A stretch of DNA of 64,000 bases from Pocillopora damicornis. Lineage: Eukaryota. Shown in pieces: positions 55,719 through 64,000 of this stretch. The notes beneath the pieces are model-generated. The model made no database searches. It worked only from the letters and a program-made list of their open reading frames with translations, and was not told where the DNA came from. Made by a program: the position numbers and the translations under genes. The stretch spans positions 682,001-746,000 of the forward strand of contig NW_020845694.1 of the NCBI RefSeq assembly GCF_003704095.1. Direction: 5' to 3'. Every line of letters begins with the position of its first letter. Position 1 is the first letter of the stretch.

Positions 55719-57659
55719 AAACAGACATTGTGCAACTGCCAGCCGGAGGCTGTCATTTAATTTGGACTTCTGCTACTAGTTCATTTTCTCAATCGAATTT
55801 TGCTGCCAAGACCCTCGATGGCGAAACACCCTATATACTGTTTTCTCTCTGACTGTAAGTACTCACGTTTTTTGTATTCCGTCAGAAATTTGTTTTTAAG
55901 TTAGCTAGCGCACTCAGGATCCTTTCAATTTGATTTTGTAGGATTGAAATCAAAATGTTTAATTGAGACATTATGATACTTTTGTGATACAGAAGTTGAG
56001 AATTGAGAATGCCAATAAATTTCTTTTTGATTGAGGTTTCGCCTTCTCTCTGCCTTCCAAGAGAAACAGAAGTTTAAAGCTGTTTTCGTGCGGACGATTT
56101 CGCCATTTTCAATGGGGTGTTTCGCTTCGGACCCGACACAAAAGATTGATCAATCCGTTTGACCCTCCTTTTATATAAGCACTATTAACTTTCTTTGTTT
56201 ATGTTATCTTTTATGTAAGTTCAGGGAAAAAAAAAAAAAACGGCCCAGTTCATTAAGGACAACTTTTCTAGGGAAGCTACTTTTGAAACACTCACTGATT
56301 CAATCAAATACTTTTTAGCTTTCTGCTACGCACACTATCTTGCATCAAGGACTGAGTTATTAGTTCTTTCAGATAATCACATGCAAAATCAATTAGCTTG
56401 GTTTTAAATTTCCCTTCACAGAGGCGATTGTTTTTGTAAAGAGAAGCTTTTTCTTTGTATCCACAAAAACAATGTCGTTTGTTTCTAGGACATTTTAAAC
56501 TCTGTTGGACACACTTTTTCGGCGGTGTCAAAGATATTTCTAGCACCGCGCACAATTCACTCTCTTTAGATCAGACTAAATAGCCTATATACAAAACCTA
56601 CCTATACGTTGGACTAAGCTACAAGGTTTTGAGCAAAAGCGAACTATTTAAATTGATCATAAGTCAAAAATAGAGCTGACCTGCTGTTCCTTTGAATTGT
56701 AGCATAAAGAGCCTGACATGCTCTTCTCTACCGGCGTGAAACCTCAAGGTTGTTATTGCGTCTTTGACCGATAGGAATGGTTGGAAATCTGTTGTTTTTC
56801 TCTGCTAGAATGAAGGAAACTTTGAATCCAAACACGGAACTATATATTTTGAAACTCTACACATAATCCGTTTTGAGCTTTCGTGGGCTAATAGGCTTTT
56901 CCAAGTCAGAAGTGAAAGTCGGAGTGATGGCTTTTGTTGCTATCCGAGTGTAACCACCCACTTAAGTTCTTTTCTTTACACTTCATACCTTTACAATCTC
57001 TTAGTTTCTTTGTATCGGGGGGGTCAATGCGGGCGAAAAAATACGGAAAGGGACTGGGAGCTGAAAGAGTACTTAGAGTGTTCTTGTAACCCNNNNNNNN
57101 NNAAAACATTGGAAAGTGGGGTGGAGAGGGGGAAGGAAGTTTGACGCCCGGGGATCATTTCAAGTACTCGTATTGTGTTTACTACATACAACCTTTGCTG
57201 CATCGAAGAGAGAGATCGTCTTGCATTTAGGAGCTGAGGCATGTTACTTTGAGTTTTCTGTTCTTTCTATGAAAACGAACGTTATTGGAACAAACCTTAA
57301 AAACAACGAAGAATAAAAAAAACAAAAAACAAAAGAGAGCAAGTATGATTATGGATGGAGAATTTATATAGAGTAGCAAACCAAAAAATTGAAATTTCCT
57401 AAGATAAGTCTAGTTACTCGTGATTTCTTCCTAAAACATTTTTATAAGCAAAAGGAAGACTTGAAAATTTATTTTTCTTTGCTGATTTTAATTGAGTCGC
57501 GCGACAGATAAGCTGCATCAGAGGGGCCTCTAGAAGCTCATGGAATTCTCATTTCAACAGGGGTTTATCTTTTATGTGCAGCTCACTTGGAGGAAACATT
57601 TTTTAGCTTTCTTACAATGTAGTAGATGGTTTGAACTTATGAAGAACAGTAGATCTTGG

Positions 57660-57845
57660 GTGCATACTGGTTGTCAGGATGTAGCTAGTCCTGAGAAGGA
57701 CGTTACTTGTAACTAACGCTCTGACAACTTGACCGGAAGTCATCATCAGACGCAACTGTTGGCTGATGATGGCTTCCGCTTTAGGATGTTGAAACATAAA
57801 GGACTGTCCTTGCTAGGATCAGTCTCATCCGGACGATCAGACCAC
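57660..57845. mobile_element. Two head-to-head degenerate copies of a Penelope-like-element-type repeat carrying minimal hammerhead motifs
   Basis: CTGATGA-TGRCTTCCG...-GTY-GAAAC pattern on + (57763-57795) and a decayed copy on - (from 57749 leftwards); a more decayed copy at ~14270-14365. Confidence 0.5.
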
Positions 57846-57943
57846 TTCAAATACTTGGCATTAGCTAAGTTTAATTGAGGTTACAAACGGAGCCTGCGGG
57901 TTTCAGCCGAAGATCTTCGAGAGTTCTGGCACGAAAATGACAG

Positions 57944-58038
57944 TAGCCTACGTGTTGCCGTACCCTCCCCCCCCCAAGGTGAAACAGAAGCTTTCGTTTC
58001 ACCCTGGGGGAGGGAAAGGTCCGGCTACACGTACGCTA
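57944..58038. mobile_element. 95-bp palindromic MITE with a 9-bp target-site duplication (AAATGACAG)
   Basis: TIR TAGCCTACGTG...CACGTACGCTA; AAATGACAG at 57935-57943 and 58039-58047; inner arms GGTGAAAC/GTTTCACC. Confidence 0.85.
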
Positions 58039-58964
58039 AAATGACAGACCTCTTGTACCCGGCTCAGTCGCCGACCGGCATCTTGTGGGCCTTAGTTGCT
58101 TGTTCCGCAGCGCTTATGAGAGGCTGCTTGCGGACTTACTCGGAGTAAGCCCCCAGTAATTATTAGATTCCCGTAAATCCGCATTAATCGGCTCTAATTG
58201 AGATTTTGTTTAAGTAACATGCTTTTCAAGGGGTACGCAATCGTTTGTCTGCCTTGGTTCAAAGTAATGGTCCTACACTTCCTATCGACCCTGAAAAAAA
58301 AATCTGAAATTAAGGCCCCGGTTAGATAGAAGAGCGCGAAAAGAATGCAGGCGCATCTTGCAGCAGAGAATTAGGACATAGGCATACGAATAAAACGAAG
58401 CAAAATAGCACAAAGCGGAAAAAGGTGTTTATTGCTAGAACATTTACGATATAATCCCTAGGGTGTAAAAACTGATTAACGCAAAGTTTTGAATAACAAG
58501 TGAAGGTAAGGGAGAGGAAATGAATAATTTGAACCGTGAAATAACACAATGTTTTTTAACTGAACATAAATGACAAGACTTCAAATAAAAGTCTACGATT
58601 AAATTTTGCACTTACATCCGGCGAGTGGAAACTCTTAATTGTCTACCACATTTCCATAATAGACATAATAGACAAAAGGCAATCGAGTTTACAAACGTAA
58701 AATTCCTTTGTTTCTAAATAGACGCTTCTTGTGGATGCATAGAGCAGTGAATAATTACTCGGAAAACTTTGATGTAATTGCGATCAAAGGAGCTTCAAAC
58801 CTGTAAATAAAAAAACAACAAATGAAAGGTTTGTAGCGGTCTCATCGAAAAATCTCTAGTTCGGACCATTTTGAAAATATGCTTTGTCGAGTCACATTAG
58901 GCTATTCATACAAGCGGCACACCTTTAGTTTTTTCCCACAGTAGTTTATTCAAGTCGTTCGAGT

Positions 58965-59408
58965 CTAGTTCGACAAAACTTCCTGCACGAGCTTTTCATA
59001 GTCTATCATCCCCTTGGTCTCGAACATCGCGACGATGTGTTCGGCCTGTGCCTCAGTCAGTTTGTCTCCCAGCGCAGTCAACATTCGTCGAAGCTCTGCC
59101 GAGCTGATATACCCGTTACCATCGCGATCAAACATCTTTAGCGCCTCAGTAAATTCTTCGGCACTACCAGCTTGCTTCTTGGCGAGCGTTACATAAATGG
59201 GCAGGAATTCTTCAAAGGTCACCCGCTTCTCCCTCATCGACTTGAGGTTCTCTTTCACTTTGTCAAGGTCTTGTTTTAGGGGATTCAATCCCACAGACCT
59301 TAATAAACCTGGTACTTGGCTCTTGTCAACTTTTCCATCGCCAACCTGATCAAAGAGACTGAAGGCGTCTTTAAATTCTAACATTTGCTCCTCTGTAAGG
59401 TCCGTCAT
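58965..59408 (-). CDS. Intronless myosin essential light chain (MYL6/Mlc-c-like), 147 aa
   Basis: [17 protein letters not shown]...LLRSVGLNP...[11 protein letters not shown]...[31 protein letters not shown] is a typical ELC pattern. Confidence 0.9.
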   Translation of the reverse strand: MTDLTEEQMLEFKDAFSLFDQVGDGKVDKSQVPGLLRSVGLNPLKQDLDKVKENLKSMREKRVTFEEFLPIYVTLAKKQAGSAEEFTEALKMFDRDGNGYISSAELRRMLTALGDKLTEAQAEHIVAMFETKGMIDYEKLVQEVLSN

Positions 59409-59717
59409 TGCGTCTCTGAACCTCTGTTTAAGTATTTTCTAATTAACCAGAAGGTTGCCTCGACTGATTGCGTGTCCAGGTACTTCGCAATTTATTGTAA
59501 TCAATTATTACAATTTAATTGATGCGAAAGTTTTTTTTTTTATTTGCTCGCGGGCGCAAGCTTTGATTAAAAGCGACCCACAGATGAACAAATAGAGCCA
59601 TAGAGGGTGAGGGTGGATACAGAGGCCTTCATTTAAAACGGGAACTCACAAGCCACCGTTTTTGTAGGCCACCGTTGGGAATAGTTCTCCTTTGTAATGG
59701 ATCATACACCGACAGAT

Positions 59718-59925
59718 GCTTTGAACCCCAAGAGTGACAAGCATCTAATTTCTCCTTACAATATCACCCCCCATTCACACATTAGGGTCACAAGAAGAAA
59801 GAAAAATGATCACCAACTGATGAAGCTCTTGATTAGTAAACGAGTTTTCCTTGTTAGCTCCTTAGAAAATGTATAGAGAACAGTATGGAGAATATGCATA
59901 CTGATGTTAGAGTGTAAAGGGTTAA
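59718..59925. mobile_element. piggyBac-type MITE upstream of the light-chain gene
   Basis: Reverse-complement match to the 4386 and 13717 copies; ends ...GTGTAAAGGGTTAA. Confidence 0.7.
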
Positions 59926-61258
59926 AAAACCTCTTAGCACCGTCTCCTTAGCTTACAGGCAGGCTCGCGTGTTCCGGGCACAGTAGCCTATTACATCATC
60001 AGAAGCTACTTATACAAAAAGTGATTGAAACTTTCACTTGAAAGGCTAAGTGTCACGAAATTATGCAGAGATCCTTGAGGGGAAGTATATAAAGGATGAT
60101 GAAAGCTGCCATTTTGGAGACTGTACAGAAAAAACAACTGATATTATTTTTAAGCTATTTCAGCCGACTACTCAAAAGGAAAGCAAGGCAGTTTCGCTTT
60201 TTTTATTGACCATTTAACTTTTGTCCTCATTCCTTACATTATGTATCAAGGCGAGAGAATCATCTTGGCCACAGCTGCAGTCTTCTACGAGTAAGGGCAG
60301 GGGGGGCTGCCGGAGCATTTCCGTATGGAATACACTATCGTGTTGCCTACCTCATCTTTTATTACAATTGTTTTGGTCTCTCCATTTGGAAGAGGATTTT
60401 GCTTCAATTTCCTAGACCCAGGCATACAGCCTAGAAGCAGAAAAAAAATCATATCTTGGTACTTGCCACGCCACTCACATTTACAGCTCTATTGTGGATG
60501 TCACCGTCTCATCCACTCCACAAAAAAGTCCTCTCTTGAGACTCGTTTCCTTTAATATGTGTCATTGAGAACCACTCTCCTGGAAAGACCTATCCTATGT
60601 TTCCTCCGGAAGTAAAGACAAGTTGTTTCCAAGGTCTGTAATCACCATGCAAGCCTGAGGCCGACAGGAAAACAGGATACAATTTTGTGCACCATTTCAA
60701 AGGAAGGGACAATGGTAAGGTAAATGGTGAAAGAGAAAAGGTGAGGGGTAAAGTTACTGGCAATTAAAATCCTGTATGTGCAAATGTCTTCTCACCTTTT
60801 CACTATTGAAGAGCAGGTAAGAAGGAGGAAGGGATTTGATGATCTGTCACTAAATTATTGCAAATGCTTTTGTTAGAAAATGGGATGTCATATGGTGAAG
60901 CCTTCCATCAAAGAACACTCCTCTAGGATGGGAAGTGTCTCCTTGTAAGTGTTGAACCTTTACTAGGAATAGTCAAGTTTAAGTGATAGGACTTCTTTAT
61001 GGGTTCCTTGATCTAGGTATCCACTGAATAATTGTGTCCCAAGAAGCATGTTACATGACTGTAAGTGAAAAACCTCCAACAAAGAGCACACCCCGTGCTA
61101 TATGGAATGTATGTTCTTTGACAATTAAAAGTCAGTCGACACAGAAAGAGACCACATATTAACCCTAGTCCACAATTAGAATGTCTGGGGACTATCTGAG
61201 ATGAGGTTGCAATCTTTGATGACCTAGGTAGTGCACACTGACATGGAGCCTATTTGAG

Positions 61259-61440
61259 TTAATCCTTTAACTCCTAGACCAAATTTATAATTCTCTTTAC
61301 CATCAACCATGCAATTCTTATAATGCTAGTTCAGAGAATTTAGTATTGGATCAACTAGTTATCCCCAAATTGATAGTTTTCTTTTTGTAGTGGCATTCTG
61401 TCTTTGTCACTCTGTCACTTGTAGGAGTTAAAAGGGTTAA
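61259..61440. mobile_element. piggyBac-type MITE
   Basis: TTAATCCTTTAACTCCTA...TAGGAGTTAAAAGGGTTAA. Confidence 0.75.
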
Positions 61441-62251
61441 ACCACTCCTCCCAGTGCATTACCAGCTCTCACACTGCACAGGAGAGAAGAAGATCTGGGA
61501 TAAGCATGGTCAAGCCTTAAATCACAGACTACCTCCAACAGAAAAGTGTTTACTTTAATGAAATAGTAACATGAAAAATTGTTTAACTGTAACATCAACT
61601 AATCTTAAGTTGCATTCATGTAGATGATGTGTCAAGCAAGCTTTAAAAATACTTAAATTTGCAAAGAGCGTCAGTGTCTCTGGTTGTATTTTTCTGAACA
61701 TGCTGATGATATCCTCAAATAGATACAATAACAAAATACTCTCATAAGTTATAACTTTCAAATATATGCTAGCAAAAATATTCTCTCAGTTATCTTTTTC
61801 ATACAGTAACCGCCATATTTTCCAACAAGTAAGTTATCAAAAATATATTACATAAGTATTTATGCTTAACTCACTTGTTGACGAGTCATTTCCAAAAAGG
61901 TAGATTTAGGTTACATAATAACTTTTTTGTCTTGAAAGTAAATCCAATCTCTTGAAAAAATTTAATAGAAAACAAACTGAAAATTCTACTGTAGGCTGAA
62001 AAATTTTAACTACTAAAACAACTTACTGAAATGAGGGCTTCTTCGAATCTGCACTTCATTGCCAAATTCCATTTTTTTTTTCTGTCCAATTCCAAAATGA
62101 CCTAATTCCTTAATCACACAATTAAATTATCAAAGATGAGAAACTCGTGTTTAGAAGTGCAATTTTTCGAATAAATGTCCAAAAATGTCACATGAAAAAG
62201 GAAAGAGGATAGATGCGGCGTATATTCGCCATGCACTCTCGTCCTTGGTAT

Positions 62252-63151
62252 TCAACTGTTACGTAATATAATAGAACCATTCTCCAATCGACGATTTGTA
62301 GTCTTCGTTGCTCTCCACACCACAATGACGATACGAACAACAAGCAGAGTGCAAGCAACAGCGAGTAGGACCACCGAAATGACGGAGTTTCGTTTGGCAG
62401 CATCCCAGTTCTTGCTAATGCTGGCGGAGAGGGCCCAAATAACAACGGGATAGACAGTCAAGGTGTATCGGGTGTACTTGTCCAAAATCGTGTTCTCCAG
62501 CGCAAACCAGACGATTAATTCCACAGCAAGGATGGAGAGGGCAATCGTACAGCCAATATCCTGGGCTACTCCGTGGAAGTAAGAAATCGCCATTGTCATA
62601 TTTAGGAGCGAGGCGATGGTCGTCCATGTAGCGTACATTCCCAAACCATTGTTGACAAGGACTTGTGTGAGAATGAAATCGCGTTTGGAAACGGTCTTTG
62701 TTGTAACGTTTACAGTCATGAACGATTTAGTTAAAGCTCCATAGAGAAGGAACGAAATAGCAAAGAGCAGAATCGAACATGACTGAATCATCAAACGACT
62801 CCATAGTACTGACCAGGTTACGTTCACGACACTCGTCAGTGTGAAGATGAAAAGCAAGACGGGAGATATGACCTCGAAATTGTCACTTCTGCACAGCAGA
62901 GTCAAACTGTAGATTATCCATGATGCTTGCCAAGTGTAGATTAAGCCCCAAATGGAAAATGCCCAACCTGCTGGAGTGATTTCGATGTAGAACTTGTCAG
63001 ATACATCCCCGGTCGAATAGTTTCCAAACAGATGTTTGAAAGGACCTTCGTTCGGTCTGCTAGCATAGAAGTTGATTACTAACAGGAAGATAAATATTAT
63101 CACGTTGATTGTGGTTGCCGTTATCTGCAGCGTTTTGCTTCGTCCTACCAT
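62252..63151 (-). CDS. Intronless multi-pass (~8 TM) membrane protein, TspO/tryptophan-rich-sensory-related family (299 aa)
   Basis: ACCATGG Kozak start; motif VSDKF..EITPAGWAFSIWGLIY and later GMYATWTTIASLLN; about 8 hydrophobic segments. Confidence 0.75.
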   Translation of the reverse strand: MVGRSKTLQITATTINVIIFIFLLVINFYASRPNEGPFKHLFGNYSTGDVSDKFYIEITPAGWAFSIWGLIYTWQASWIIYSLTLLCRSDNFEVISPVLLFIFTLTSVVNVTWSVLWSRLMIQSCSILLFAISFLLYGALTKSFMTVNVTTKTVSKRDFILTQVLVNNGLGMYATWTTIASLLNMTMAISYFHGVAQDIGCTIALSILAVELIVWFALENTILDKYTRYTLTVYPVVIWALSASISKNWDAAKRNSVISVVLLAVACTLLVVRIVIVVWRATKTTNRRLENGSIILRNS

Positions 63152-63228
63152 GGTCTTCAGATTTTTACGAGTAGGCTTCAAGATGATCTATCGATATTGA
63201 GTTGATGATAATTTCTACGCGAGGTTGC

Positions 63229-63516
63229 TTATATACACCGTGGTGTTACGCAACTCTTTGGTGATGATTCACGTGTCACGGATCAGTGAGTCAGCAGCAG
63301 CACATTTCCAACACGCTAACGCCTTCATTTGGTCACGTCAAGATTTCGAAAATATTCCTAGATAAAAGATCAGCCGTTTTAAAGTAAAAATTATAATTTC
63401 CATTGACTCTGAGGTAAAAAAAAAACCTAATAAAATCATTTTTTGGAACTATCGGTACCGCAAACACACTCCTGAGGACCGGGACGGGAATTGCACGTGC
63501 GAATTGAGTTACGTAA
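63229..63516 (-). promoter_or_regulatory. Promoter of the TspO-related gene: TATA box plus E-box, PAR-bZIP/D-box and ARE-like motifs
   Basis: TATATAA (63229-63235, minus), TTACGCAA 63246-63253, CACGTG 63270-63275 and 63494-63499, TGAGTCAGCA 63287-63296, TTACGTAA 63509-63516. Confidence 0.55.
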
Positions 63517-64000
63517 TACCTGAAAAACGTGCACATAGTCTGAAATTTTTTGTTCACAAACGTGACAGGCTGCGCAAACTGATACTGTGACATAACCACA
63601 ATTCAAAAATAGTGATTATGTGTTAAATAGTGATGAATCTTTGACCCCACCGAAAGACGCTTTGTTTTGGTTACCGTGATTTAAAACGTCATCGATGTTA
63701 ACCTTAAATTCTGTCTAGAATGGCAAGAGCTTTTAAAGAAAATATTTTGCTTGTGGCACAGAAATGTTTAGGAAAGCCGAGTGTAGGCGCAGAAAATAGA
63801 CAGAACATATTATGTCTTCTATTGTCCAGTGCGAAGAAAAAAATGAAAAGAAATCCACTAGCTACCGTTATGAATAACGCCCCTAATGATGAAAATTTCT
63901 CGCACCTTTTTCTGAATATCTTGATACGTTGAAAAGAAATGTTAATGGCTTAGAACAGAAGTAATGACTCCTGCTTGAATGGTGACTAATTAACAAAAAT

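Overview
Eukaryotic, AT-rich, intron-containing animal genomic DNA. The gene set and repeat families point to a cnidarian, most likely a scleractinian coral (inference). There are four assembly gaps (1524-1623, 7128-7227, 24364-24860, 57093-57102). Genes were reconstructed by hand from GT-AG boundaries and reading-frame continuity. In order: SYS1 exon 1 (-), head-to-head with WRNIP1 (+; central AAA+ exons missing, probably in a gap); DHODH (+); NDUFAF6 (+); a Morgue-type zinc finger/F-box/E2-variant gene whose catalytic Cys is replaced by Gly (-); CCDC102A-like (-), head-to-head with an F-box + LamG/ConA-like jellyroll gene (+); an SLC6A15-20-type amino-acid transporter (-); two convergent intronless myosin-light-chain-like genes; and an intronless TspO-related multi-pass membrane gene with a motif-dense promoter. 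Introns carry many ~200-bp TTAA-flanked piggyBac-type MITEs, tRNA-derived SINEs and other MITEs. The least explained sequence is SLC6 intron 3. It holds two adjacent motif arrays: about 10 copies of a bipartite CAGTGTTTYGAGAACTACTG...ACTGGGCAC-AAGGCGCAG unit, then 8 copies of a palindromic CTGCA-N7-TGCAG motif separated by unique spacers.
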